NCBI GenBank assembly: GCA_964513625.1
Contig: CAZENH010000017.1
Coordinates: forward strand, 5,947-69,946
Direction of reading: 5' to 3'
From: an uncultured Myxococcales bacterium
Lineage (GTDB): Bacteria; Myxococcota; B64-G9
Length of the DNA stretch: 64,000 bases
Below, piece by piece: positions 19,000 to 29,200 of the stretch. The notes beneath the pieces are model-generated. The model was not told the DNA's origin and did not search any database. It worked only from the letters and a program-made list of their open reading frames with translations. The stretch's first letter is position 1, and each line of letters opens with the position of its first letter. Both the position numbers and the translations under genes were made by a program.

Positions 19000-19533
19000 T
19001 TAATTGAAGGTGCCGTCGACAGATCCGAGCAGCGTGCAGATGTTGTTGTCGGTATCCGTAATTCTGATGGTCAGCGTTGCCGTATAAGAGTAACTCGAAC
19101 TGTCTCCCTCGGTTGCAACGACGAAAACGCCGTTCATGTAATAATTAATGCTGGTACCGTCTTCTGAAGTCTGGGTGTCTTGCAAAAGGAACGGATAGCT
19201 TTTGGGATAGCTGCTTTCCTCGGCGTTGCAAAGCCACCCGGAAAGGGTGCCCCAGATTCCACGCAAATCCTTTTCCTCGGCTTCCAGGGCCACATCTCCG
19301 TTTTCGTCCGATGTCTGGCTGAGTATTCGCAGGTAGTGGTCTCCGACCACCAAATCATAGGTATCGCAGTTGTCCGTGAGCGACTTCATATTGCCGTAGT
19401 ATTCGCCGGACAAATCGGGGCAGGGATCGCCTTCGCCGCAGGAAAGGCACTTGTTACTGTCGCAGGCAGATACGAATACACAGCCCGCCAGACAGGCTGC
19501 CGCCAGAAACACTTTAATAGAATTTGCGTGCAT
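19000..19533 (-). CDS. Cys-rich acidic lipoprotein, hypothetical
   Basis: Start moved to ATG 19533; lipobox VSAC; Cys pairs; Ser/Thr/Asp-rich beta-like domain. Confidence 0.7.
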   Translation of the reverse strand: MHANSIKVFLAAACLAGCVFVSACDSNKCLSCGEGDPCPDLSGEYYGNMKSLTDNCDTYDLVVGDHYLRILSQTSDENGDVALEAEEKDLRGIWGTLSGWLCNAEESSYPKSYPFLLQDTQTSEDGTSINYYMNGVFVVATEGDSSSYSYTATLTIRITDTDNNICTLLGSVDGTFN

Positions 19534-19618
19534 GGCCGCCCTTCCGTTGATCGTTGTGTGAAAAACAATCGAATGATAGTATCGTGCCCGTTGGTTGTCA
19601 ACCGAGGCTCTTTGTGCG

Positions 19619-20533
19619 ATGAAAAGCAAACAAAATACGAAAAACGGCTCGCTGAACGAGAAGAAGGTCAAGTCACGCGGAGAACTCGTCCACCTCGATC
19701 CGCTCAAGCTGTATCTTCAGGAGATCGGCCAGTTCGACCTGCTCACGCCCGAAGAAGAACATGAGCTGGCGGTTGAATTCGAAAAAACCCGGGATCCAAA
19801 GCTGGCCTATCGCATGGTCACCGCCAACTTGCGCCTGGTTGTCAAGATCGCACTCGAACACCGCAACTACTATCAGAACCTGTTGGACCTGATCCAGGAG
19901 GGGAACATCGGCTTGATGCAAGCGGTCAAGAAGTTCGATCCTTATCGCGGGGTTCGCCTGCCGTCATACGCCCAGTGGTGGATCAGAGCTTATGTTCTGA
20001 AGTTCATTCTCGAGAACTTCAGCCTGGTCAAGATCGGCACGACCCAGGCGCAAAGAAAGCTCTTCTACCGGCTGAAGAAAGAACAGCACAAGCTCATAAG
20101 TGAAGGGTTCACGCCGACTTCCAAGCTCTTGGCAGAGAGGATAGATGTCTCCGAGAAGGACGTAATCGAAATGGAGAAGAGGCTCTCCGGCCCCGAGGCG
20201 TCGTTGGATGCCACCCACCCGAAGACCGGCAGGCCCTTCATCGAAACGCTGGTGGTGCCGCGCGAGAGTCCAGAGGAGCAGGTGGCAACCGAGGAATTGC
20301 GCGACCGAGTGCACGGGGCCATGCTGGAATTCAGGCAGACACTCGACGAACGTGAGCGGGCCATATGGGATGCGCGCATCATGGAGGAGCGCCCCGAGAC
20401 TTTCCAGGAACTCGGCGAAAAGCACGGCATCACCCGCCAACGGGTCCAGCAGGTAGAGCGGCGCTTGCAGCAGCGTTTCAAGGCTTTTTTGATGGCAGGC
20501 ATGTCGGAAGAAGACAGCCGGCCGAGATTCTGA
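19619..20533 (+). CDS. rpoH: RNA polymerase sigma factor, RpoH/sigma32 family
   Basis: Region 1.2 LKLYLQEI; DLIQEGNIGLMQAVKKFDP; RpoH-box-like QRKLFYRL; region 4 TFQELG..GITRQRVQQVE. Confidence 0.85.
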   Translation: MKSKQNTKNGSLNEKKVKSRGELVHLDPLKLYLQEIGQFDLLTPEEEHELAVEFEKTRDPKLAYRMVTANLRLVVKIALEHRNYYQNLLDLIQEGNIGLMQAVKKFDPYRGVRLPSYAQWWIRAYVLKFILENFSLVKIGTTQAQRKLFYRLKKEQHKLISEGFTPTSKLLAERIDVSEKDVIEMEKRLSGPEASLDATHPKTGRPFIETLVVPRESPEEQVATEELRDRVHGAMLEFRQTLDERERAIWDARIMEERPETFQELGEKHGITRQRVQQVERRLQQRFKAFLMAGMSEEDSRPRF

Positions 20534-20559
20534 ATCTTGTCCCAAAGGGAGCTTATCTC

Positions 20560-21606
20560 ATGACCGACGCGGCGTCGGAAGAGCACAAGAGGGAAATCAG
20601 TTGTTCGAATTGCGGGGCGCCAATCGGGTACATCGAGGGAGAGTCGGTGTTGACCTGTGCCTACTGCGGCAGTTCGTCGATGCTGGCCGGATTCGACAAG
20701 ATCGTCAAGGTCGAGGCGCACTACGTCTTGCCTGCCAGGATGTCGAAGCAGGAGATCAGAGACGGGGTCGTCGAATGGATGAAGACAGGCTGGCTCAAGG
20801 CGGCCGACCTGGCAGACAAGGCCTCGTTTTCGAGGTTCGACGGGATCGTCTTGCCCTTCTGGGTGGTCAAGGCCAAGGCGCGAACTTTCTGGTCGGGCAA
20901 GAACAAGCGCACGCGAACGACCGGCAGCGGCGACAACCGGCGCACCGAAACCTATTGGGAACCGGTCAGCGGAGAGTTCGACGAAGATTACAACTGGTCG
21001 GTCTATGCCCGGGAGAATCCCGAGGAGTTCTGGGGAATGGATGCTCTCAACCCGGGAAGCAAGTCGGTGAGTGCCGACTGGGGCAAGTTCTTTCTTGGAT
21101 TCGGGTTCGGCTCGAAGACCAGCGGCGAAAGTGATCTGCTGGCCGGCAAAGAGAAGTTCGATCTCGAGGCGGTCAAGGATCTCAAGGTGATCAACGGCCA
21201 GATAACGCAGGAGCGCGCCGAGCAGAAGGGGCGCAACGATATGATCGGCTTGCATCGTCACATGGCCGACAAGAAGGCCAGCCAGATCACCGATTGCGAC
21301 ACCACCGTCGACATCCAGGGAGTCGATCTGGTCTACGTCCCTCTGTGGGAAGTGATGTACAACTACAAGGGCAGGGCCAACCGGATGCTGGTCAACGGGC
21401 ACACCGGCGAGGTGATCGCCGGCGAGGCGCCGGTCGGCAAGTGGGACAAGGTAGTCGTGCTGTCGATCATCATGCTGATTCTGGCCGCCGTGTTCGGCCT
21501 GCTGGCCCACTTCGCGAATCTGCCCAAGATGTGGATCGGAACAGGGGTAACCGTCGGCATTGCCGTGCTATACGGCGTCTGGACTGCGCTTTTCAGCAAG
21601 GGCTGA
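20560..21606 (+). CDS. Zinc-ribbon membrane protein, YdjG-like
   Basis: N-terminal CSNCGA...CAYCG; YVPLW..Y.YKG...VNGHTG.V.GEAP; two C-terminal TM helices. Confidence 0.75.
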   Translation: MTDAASEEHKREISCSNCGAPIGYIEGESVLTCAYCGSSSMLAGFDKIVKVEAHYVLPARMSKQEIRDGVVEWMKTGWLKAADLADKASFSRFDGIVLPFWVVKAKARTFWSGKNKRTRTTGSGDNRRTETYWEPVSGEFDEDYNWSVYARENPEEFWGMDALNPGSKSVSADWGKFFLGFGFGSKTSGESDLLAGKEKFDLEAVKDLKVINGQITQERAEQKGRNDMIGLHRHMADKKASQITDCDTTVDIQGVDLVYVPLWEVMYNYKGRANRMLVNGHTGEVIAGEAPVGKWDKVVVLSIIMLILAAVFGLLAHFANLPKMWIGTGVTVGIAVLYGVWTALFSKG

Positions 21607-21637
21607 GCCGAGTCCTGAATGCTCTACGCAGGCATAC

Positions 21638-21665
21638 TTGACAAATAGTAGCCTAAATGTAAAAT
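21638..21665 (+). promoter_or_regulatory. Sigma70 promoter, probably producing a leaderless mRNA
   Basis: TTGACA-16 nt-TAAAAT ending 6 nt before ATG 21672; no SD. Confidence 0.6.
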
Positions 21666-21671
21666 ACGGTT

Positions 21672-22874
21672 ATGTTTAGCCGCCCATTTTGGCTGGAGAT
21701 GGTGAGCAATGGTTGGCAGGGACGATCTATCGTCTGGCTTTCCGGTGTGAGACGGGTTGGTAAGACAACGCTTGCCAAAATGCTGGGGGATGCCGTTTTT
21801 ATCAACTGCGATTTGCCTTCAAGCGTTCGCCGGTTGGATGATCCGGAACTGTTTTTTGACGGATTGGACCCCGGCACGCCGGTTGTTTTCGACGAGATCC
21901 ACAGGCTGGAGGATCCGAGTCGGGTGCTGAAAATATTAGCCGATGAGTACCCGAAGTTGAAGGCGCTCGCGACCGGCTCTTCCACCCTGGCGGCTACCGG
22001 GAAGTTCAAAGACAGCCTGACCGGGAGAAAGCGCTCGGTCTATCTGTGTCCTGTCCTGTGGGAAGAGTGCCAAGGTGAGTTCGGCATCGGCGACATCGAC
22101 AGGAGATTGTTGCACGGCGGTTTACCCGAGGCCTTGTTGGCGGAAACTCCCGACCCGGCATTCTACGCCGAATGGCTCGACAGCTTCTACGCGCGCGACA
22201 TCCAGGAGCTTTTTTCCATTCGTCAACGAACCGGTTTTCTGAAACTCTTGAGGCTTGCGTTGAGACAAAGCGGGGGTTTGCTGGATTTTTCGAAAGTCGC
22301 CAATCTCTCGGGTTTGAGTCGTCCCACCGTGATGGCGCACATTGAGGCTCTTGCCGTTGCGCATGCGGTATTTCTTCTTCCTCCATTTCACGGGGCCGGC
22401 CGCGGCGAAATAACGAAAAGGCCCAAGGCGTACGGGTTCGACACCGGCTTTGTCGCCTATTGCCGGGGCCTGGATTCCCTGCGGAACGAGGATCGAGGTG
22501 ATTTGTGGGAGCACCTGGTTCTCGACACCTTGAGATCCCGGCTACACAACAGCAGTCTCCATTACTGGAGAGACAAATCCGGCAGGGAGATCGACTTCGT
22601 TGTGGTGCGCGGCAGGGGCGTCGTCGATACATTCGAGTGCAAGATGAGCCCGGATGCGATCGAGGGTAAGAACTTGGAGATCTTTCGCCGGCTGTACCCG
22701 CATGGCGACAATTTCGTCGTCAGTCCGGCTGTAAAGAAGCCCTACTCGAGGCGCATAGGCGAACAGCTGGTGACCTTTTCGGGCCTGGCCGGATTGCGCA
22801 TCCTGCATCCGCCGCCGAGCGACCCTGCGAAGCCCGCAAGAGAAGAACAGGGTGAAACCGATGAACCGGAATGA
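21672..22874 (+). CDS. AAA_14 family ATPase with DUF4143 domain
   Basis: Walker A GVRRVGKT, Walker B VFDEIH, ATGSS, C-terminal YWRD..GREIDFV...ECK. Confidence 0.88.
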   Translation: MFSRPFWLEMVSNGWQGRSIVWLSGVRRVGKTTLAKMLGDAVFINCDLPSSVRRLDDPELFFDGLDPGTPVVFDEIHRLEDPSRVLKILADEYPKLKALATGSSTLAATGKFKDSLTGRKRSVYLCPVLWEECQGEFGIGDIDRRLLHGGLPEALLAETPDPAFYAEWLDSFYARDIQELFSIRQRTGFLKLLRLALRQSGGLLDFSKVANLSGLSRPTVMAHIEALAVAHAVFLLPPFHGAGRGEITKRPKAYGFDTGFVAYCRGLDSLRNEDRGDLWEHLVLDTLRSRLHNSSLHYWRDKSGREIDFVVVRGRGVVDTFECKMSPDAIEGKNLEIFRRLYPHGDNFVVSPAVKKPYSRRIGEQLVTFSGLAGLRILHPPPSDPAKPAREEQGETDEPE

Positions 22875-23148
22875 CCTCGCGGCATTCAAGCACGTCGTCA
22901 GGGGGCTCGGGTGGGTAATCCGGGCCAACCTTGGCTGGCTGCTTGCCGCCGCCTCCTTCGTGCTGCTTTTTCCCGTACAGATCGTATCGTGGCTGCTGGG
23001 ACCGCGGACGTTTTTGCAAACAGAGCCATATCGGGGATTGGGCCGGCTGGCCGAGCGGGGCATGTCGTTCGAGCCGGCCAAGATTGACATGGTTCTGCTC
23101 GTGCTGCTTGTGGTTTTTCTCGTTTGCGTCTTGTTCCGATCGTTCTGA
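22861..23148 (+). CDS. Small hypothetical membrane protein
   Basis: Two hydrophobic segments; overlaps the ATPase 3' end; start uncertain (22852 or 22861). Confidence 0.5.
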   Translation: MNRNDLAAFKHVVRGLGWVIRANLGWLLAAASFVLLFPVQIVSWLLGPRTFLQTEPYRGLGRLAERGMSFEPAKIDMVLLVLLVVFLVCVLFRSF

Positions 23149-23354
23149 CCTGCCTTGGATCTACCCGGGGATCATATAGACTCCGTCCTTCTTTTTAGAA
23201 AATTGTTATTATGGTCAATCGAACCAATCTTCTTCTCCGTCATCCCCGCCAACAGCTGTCGTGTTTGCACAAAACGCCTCGCTTGCACGGCGAACTACGC
23301 CGAAGCCCTCTGTGAAGCTCTACTTAAATGAAACGTGTTTGCCTTTACAAGTGT

Positions 23355-25529
23355 CTAGCTGAAAATATCCTCGATATCGACGCTCTTGACCAGCACCGTC
23401 GTCGGCAGGTCTTCCATGAACGAGGTCATGCGCGACATGAAGGTCGATTCCTGGCCTTCCTCGGGGGCGCGCAGGCCTAAAACCACCAGATCGGCATCGG
23501 CGCTCTGCTTGCGGATTACTTCCTGAATGGTGTCCTGCGGGCCCATGGGAGGAAGGATCACAATCTCGGCGCCGATGCGCGCGTCCTCCAGCATGTCTGA
23601 AAGCTCGGCTTCGGTCTGGCGGATTTTGGATTCGTCGGAGACAACCTGCAGCAGGCGGATCTTGCAACCCCTCCAGGTATCGCTCTTGCTGACCAGGTGG
23701 GCTATCAAAACCATCAGGCTGCCGTTGTTCTCCAGGCCGCCCCACCAGACGTCCAGTTGTCTGTGGCGCCCGAAGCCACGCTGCTCGTCGTAGTTCAAGA
23801 GCAGCACACTCATGTCCAGGTAGTTGAAGTCCCTGACCAGTGATGCGAACTCCACCGCATTTATGTCGCTGTCGCTCCAGCCGAAAACGGCCACGTTGGC
23901 TTTCAGCCCGGCGATACCGTGCGATTGGGCCACCACGCGCGCGTCCTGGTAGAAGTCTTTTACGGCTACGACCTTGCCGAAAGCAGTAAGGCCGCTGCCT
24001 TCCAAAAAGACGTCCAGCTTTTTTTGCGCTTCCGCGGCCGAACCGCCTGCAATATTCTCGTTCACGTCTCCCGGCAAGAGGGTCATTAAAGTGACGATGC
24101 CCTTCTCCTGTCCCAGCCAGCTCGAGAAATCCAGCAGGTGGGCCTGTGAGCCCGTGCCGCGCAAGAACAGCAGGATGTTGGGTTTCCAGTTGCGCGGATG
24201 GAATGAAGACTGCTGGAGCTTCAGCAGGCAAAAACGCAGGGCGGAAAACCAGATTCCGCTCCTGAGATCCCCGAAGGTGACGCTGATGTGCTTTCTCTTC
24301 AAGACGGCATAGATGATGGCCACGATGGCCAGCGCAATCACCGTGGCCTGGGCGTTGATCAAAAACATCACCCAGAAGCATCCCGCGGCGCCCAGAAGCG
24401 AGATCGCCCAATGCACCTTGAATCGCGGCCGGTAGGACGGGTTGCCCACGACGCGCTCCATGCCGGCCACCAGGTTGGTGACGCCGTAGGTCGTCAGGAA
24501 GAACATGGTGATCACCGGCGCCAGCATGTTCAGATCCAGAAGTAAAATGCTCACCTCGGCGATGGCGAAGGTCAAGATGGTCGCCAGCCTGGGCTCGTTG
24601 GCCGGTCCGTGGCCGCGGGCCAGGATCTTGGGCAGCACCCCGTCCATGGCCAGCGCCTGCATGGTTCGCGGGGCGGCCACCAGGCTGCCGAGCGCGCTCG
24701 ACAGGGTCGCGGCCCAGACCCCGAGCACGATCAGAAAACCGACGCTGGCGATCTTCTTCATGATCATCGTGTCGCCGCGCAGATCGGCAAGGCTGGCGTT
24801 GTGAGTGAACCAGTACACCTGGGCCAGGTAGATCACGAATGTGACGCCTACCGCCAGCAACGTCCCGCGCGGAATATTCTTGCGCGGCTCCTTGAGATCG
24901 CCGCTCATGCTCAGGCCGGCCATGATTCCGGTGACCGCCGGAAAGTAGACGGCGAAGACGGTCCAGAAGTTATGGCCCTTCGAGTAGCTGCCGAAGGCCT
25001 GCAACTGAGGGTGAGTGTCGCTGCCGCCTGTGAAAAACGACAACAGGGCCAGCGCCAGGATGCCCATGATGAAATACTGGGCCTTCAAGGCAACGTCCGC
25101 TCCCTTGTAGGCCAGCAACATCAATGCCAGGCAGACCAGGGCCGAGACCACCTTTTCGGGCAGCGGCAGGAGCGAGGTTAAAGCCTCCGTGAAACCCATG
25201 ATGTACAAGGCCACCGACAGCGCCTGGGAGAAGAAGAGCGGGATGCCGATACTGCCGCCGATCTCCAGCCCCAGCGAGCGCGAAATCAGATAGTAGGCCC
25301 CGCCGGTCTTGACGTTCATGTTGGTGGCGATGGCGGAGATCGACATCGAGGTCGCGAAGCTGATGGCGTTGGCCAGTACGGCCAGCATGATCCCGCCCAG
25401 CAGGCCGGTGTTGCCCACAGCCCAGCCGGCGCGCAGGAAGAAGATTACCCCGATGATGGTCAGGAAATTCGGCGTGAAGACGCCGCCGAAGGTGCCGAAG
25501 CGCCTTATTTTCTGGGCCTCGTCGGGCAA
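23355..25529 (-). CDS. Cation-chloride cotransporter (SLC12/CCC)-like APC transporter
   Basis: FGTFGGVF.P..LTIIGVIFFLR, GGAYYLISRSLGLEIGGSIG, FPAVTGIMAG.SMSGDLK, NWKP; cytoplasmic domain with LDVWWGG; TTG start with GGGAG. Confidence 0.88.
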   Translation of the reverse strand: MPDEAQKIRRFGTFGGVFTPNFLTIIGVIFFLRAGWAVGNTGLLGGIMLAVLANAISFATSMSISAIATNMNVKTGGAYYLISRSLGLEIGGSIGIPLFFSQALSVALYIMGFTEALTSLLPLPEKVVSALVCLALMLLAYKGADVALKAQYFIMGILALALLSFFTGGSDTHPQLQAFGSYSKGHNFWTVFAVYFPAVTGIMAGLSMSGDLKEPRKNIPRGTLLAVGVTFVIYLAQVYWFTHNASLADLRGDTMIMKKIASVGFLIVLGVWAATLSSALGSLVAAPRTMQALAMDGVLPKILARGHGPANEPRLATILTFAIAEVSILLLDLNMLAPVITMFFLTTYGVTNLVAGMERVVGNPSYRPRFKVHWAISLLGAAGCFWVMFLINAQATVIALAIVAIIYAVLKRKHISVTFGDLRSGIWFSALRFCLLKLQQSSFHPRNWKPNILLFLRGTGSQAHLLDFSSWLGQEKGIVTLMTLLPGDVNENIAGGSAAEAQKKLDVFLEGSGLTAFGKVVAVKDFYQDARVVAQSHGIAGLKANVAVFGWSDSDINAVEFASLVRDFNYLDMSVLLLNYDEQRGFGRHRQLDVWWGGLENNGSLMVLIAHLVSKSDTWRGCKIRLLQVVSDESKIRQTEAELSDMLEDARIGAEIVILPPMGPQDTIQEVIRKQSADADLVVLGLRAPEEGQESTFMSRMTSFMEDLPTTVLVKSVDIEDIFS

Positions 25530-25544
25530 GTCCCGCTCCCGGGC

Positions 25545-26171
25545 TCAGACGCCGAGCCACCACATGAAGAGGATCACGATTAGTGCCGGTCGTTCGCGAA
25601 TGTAGTCCAGATCGCAGCCGATGGTCGTCATGCTGGCAGAGGACATTCCGGCCCCAAGGCCGATCTGTCCCTTGAGTTGGTTTTTTGAAACACTGGTCAA
25701 GGACAAGTGGGCCGTAGATGACACCTGGCTGGAGCCGGCGGCAGAGACCGAAACTTTGTCGCCGCTGACCTTGACAGTCACCCTGCGGATGCCCACCAGG
25801 CCCGAAACCTCGGTCGCAAGATCCTGGCGCTTGACGTGCAGCATTAAATCCATTCCTGCGGCCGTACCGGAAATGGAATCTGCCTTGATATGGAAACGGG
25901 TGGGTTTTGAGAGCATGAAGCCGTAGACGATGTCGCCCTCGCGCTGCAGGTTGAAATCGGGGCCGTTGACCTTGAGCGTCACTTTGTCGATCTTGACCTC
26001 TTCGAACGCCTTCAGGCCAAAATCGAGATGAACCTTGCAGGTCTCGTTAGCGGGTTTCTTGTTTTCAATCACGGCAGGCGTCTGGCTCTTTAGGTCTTCG
26101 CCTGGTGCAGGAAAGGACACAAGACAAGCCAGAAGAAAAATGTATGAAATTATCGCTCTCCCGACGGGCAT
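25545..26171 (-). CDS. Exported hypothetical protein with hydrophobic C-terminal tail
   Basis: Signal peptide after GGGGAG RBS; beta-rich body; ends ERPALIVILFMWWLGV; stop lies 15 nt before the CCC gene start. Confidence 0.6.
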   Translation of the reverse strand: MPVGRAIISYIFLLACLVSFPAPGEDLKSQTPAVIENKKPANETCKVHLDFGLKAFEEVKIDKVTLKVNGPDFNLQREGDIVYGFMLSKPTRFHIKADSISGTAAGMDLMLHVKRQDLATEVSGLVGIRRVTVKVSGDKVSVSAAGSSQVSSTAHLSLTSVSKNQLKGQIGLGAGMSSASMTTIGCDLDYIRERPALIVILFMWWLGV

Positions 26172-26213
26172 CCAGGCTCCCCATCTCATGTATTGACAAG
26201 CTCATCAGGTTCG

Positions 26214-26242
26214 TTGACATCCGTGATGGCTGTCTTTAGACT
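26214..26242 (+). promoter_or_regulatory. Sigma70 promoter of the TLC-HEAT-cNMP gene
   Basis: TTGACA-17 nt-TAGACT; a second TTGACA lies 21 bp upstream (26193). Confidence 0.55.
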
Positions 26243-26257
26243 GTTTCGACTTTTCTC

Positions 26258-29200
26258 ATGGAACTCGGCAAGTTGTCAAGATGGGCGGCCCGGGCATCCG
26301 GGGTTCGGCCGGAAGAAGGCAGGCGAACGTTGTTGGCCACCTTCTTTTATTTCTTCTTCGTGGCCCACGTGGTCATGGTCAAGTCGGCCTCCAACGCGCT
26401 CTTTCTGAGCCGCCATGATCCCAAGCACCTGCCCTACTTATACATCCTGGTCGCCGTGCTGGTGGGAGTAGCCGTTGTTCTTGCCTCCAAGGTCTTGGCC
26501 GATCCGCGCAAACGGTTGATGCGCACGCTGAGCCTGACGGGGGCGGCAACGGGCCTGTTGTTGTTCTGGGGGCTTTTACGGTTCAACCTGCTGCCGGTCA
26601 GCCCTGTTCTGTACCTGTTCGGCGAGGTGTCGGCAACGGCTCTGAACATCCAGTTCTGGTCGGTGGCTGGTGACATCTTCGATCCCCAGGAGGGCAAGCG
26701 GGTCTTCGGTATTCTTTCCTGCGGCGGAATGAGCGGCTCGATTTTCGGCGGGGTTTTCGTGCACCAGATCGGACTGGCTCTCGGCACAGTCAACCTGTTG
26801 TTGGCCGCGGCGGCCTTTCTGTTGGTATGCGTCTTCTTGGCCCAGGGACTGGCCAAACACCATGGCCGTGCGGACGCTTTGAAGGAACACGAGTCACTCG
26901 GCTTGCGCCAGGGGTTCCGTTACGTCGCTTCGAAAAACTACCCGCGCACCTTCGGCCTGCTGATGTTGCTGGCGGCGGTGATGACCTCTTTCGTCGACTA
27001 TTTCTTCCGCACCTCGGCCCGTTCGTTCCTCGGTGAAGACCAGCTGGCCGCTTTATTCGGCGACCTGAATGCCTACGTCGGCATCATCTCGGTGGCTTTC
27101 CTGTTCTTGTTGAGCGGCCGGCTGCTTAGGCGTATGGGAATTTTCAACTACTTGCTGATCATCCCGGCCGGCATGATTCTGGCGAGCATAGGCTCGATCG
27201 TCTTTCCGGTCTTTCTGGTTGTGTACGTCTTGAAGATTATCGAGAACTCCGGTTCGCTGTCGATCAACCAGGCCGGCCTGCAGTTGCTTTACAACCCGGT
27301 GCCGACCGGCATGCGCGCTTCGGCCCGCGGCGTCATCGACGGCTTCATGCGCAAGATGGGTTACGCCGTGGGAGGCGGGTTGCTGTTGCTGCTCGCACCG
27401 TTCTTAGACCACCCGGTTTACGAAATCGTGATCATCTGCATGGTCTTGGTTTTTGTCGTCATGCTCTTGCGTATGCGAGGCCTTTACGTACAGCAGCTGG
27501 ATGAGAAGATACGCATCGGCACCCGCCGGCGAGCCGACCTGCGGCTCGAGGACGCTTCGACCCAGCGCGTTCTTCACAAGGCGCTGAACGGCGACGACGA
27601 TGATCTGGCGGAGACGGCGCTGGGCCTGTTAGCCGAAATCCCGACGGTGGACATCCGCAGCGACCTGCGCAGGTTGCTTTCGGGTAAGTCAGAAAAAGTG
27701 CGCCTGGCCGCAATCGACGCGGTGGCAAAGCGAGGCTACACGGATTTCCTTTTTGACCTGCTGGGCATCATCAATTCGGGCTCGCGGCGCGCACGGGTGG
27801 CGGCGGTCAGGGCGGTGGTGGCGCTGGATCCGGCGCGGGCATCCGGGGCGCTCGGGCCTTATCTGCGCTCTGAAGATCCCGGGCTGGTAGCTGTTGCCAT
27901 CGAAGCCATGATCCAGTTGCAGGGATGCGAAGTGTCCAACCCGGCCGTAGCCGTGCTCGAGGGCATCCTCGATCAGGGTATCGCTGCATCTCCCGGTGTG
28001 CGGCGAGAGACCGTTCGCCTGCTGGGGCGGCTAGGCGACGGTCCCTACGCCGAGCGCATTAAGGACTACTTGTCCGACAGCGACGTCTCGGTACGGCGTA
28101 TAGCGGCCCGGGCGGCGATGCAGGTATACCGCCCGGAATTCGTGCCGCTGTTGCTCAAGATGCTGTCCGATCGCGAGACACGACCAGAGGCGCGCGACGC
28201 GCTGGCGGCTTACGGAGACCAGATCATCGATATTCTGGCCGAGTGGCTCAATGACCGGCAGCGGCCGCTCGAGGTGCGCTTGCGGCTGCCGCGTGTGATC
28301 CGAATGATCGCCACCCAGCGGGCCGGTGAGGTGTTGCTGTTTTCCAACATCCAGGACGACGCTCTTCTGCGCTACCGGATAGCGCTGGCTCTTTCCGGCA
28401 TGCGCCAGTATTCGCAGATTCACTTTGACCGTCGCTGGGCTCTGGAAGCCGTGGACCGACGCACTGATTCATACCGCTACTACGATCGCATCTACCGTCA
28501 ACTCGCCTGTTACCTGCCGCCGGCCAGCCTGGCCATCAAAGTGCTCAGGGAGAGGCTCGAGCAGAACATTGAAGTTGCCTTCAGGGTGCTGGGGCTGGTC
28601 TATCCGCATCGCACCATGATGAACATCTACTACCGGTTGCGCGCGGCACGCGGTGAGGCCTGGTCGGATGCCCTCGAATTGCTGGACAACGTGGTAGATC
28701 GCGAGACTCGCGCGCGGCTGCTTCCAATTCTGGAAAATCACCGTGCTCTGATCGAGATTAGCCCGGCCACCCCCTGGGACGGCACACTGGACCAGATTCG
28801 CGAAACTCTCGACGAGCTGTGCGCCTCGAAAGACCTGTTGCTCAGGGCGGCCACGGTTCACACCCGTTGCTCGATGGGGGAAGATTTCGAGGATTGTTAT
28901 CCGATACTGGTGGAAGGGAAGGATACGATGAACCTGATGGAGATTGTGCTTTTTCTGGAGTCGGTCAACATTTTCAAGCAGAACAACCTGGATGATCTCA
29001 GCGCTCTTGCCGTTATCACCAAAGAGCATGACTTCAAGCCGGGCGAGCACATCCTGCGCGAGGGCGAGCCGGGCGACGCCCTGTACATCATCACTACCGG
29101 CGAAGCGGAGATATCCAAGAAGGGCAAGAAGATCCTGACAGTGGGCGAAAAGGCCAGCCTGGGCAGCGTTTCTCTGCTCGATCAGAAGCCCAATGCCGCC

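Noticed and set aside
23230-23350. Possible c-di-GMP-I riboswitch (AAGGCAAAC on the - strand)
   Set aside because: No GAAA tetraloop/receptor or second GCAAAG stem, and it lies downstream of a gene rather than in a leader.
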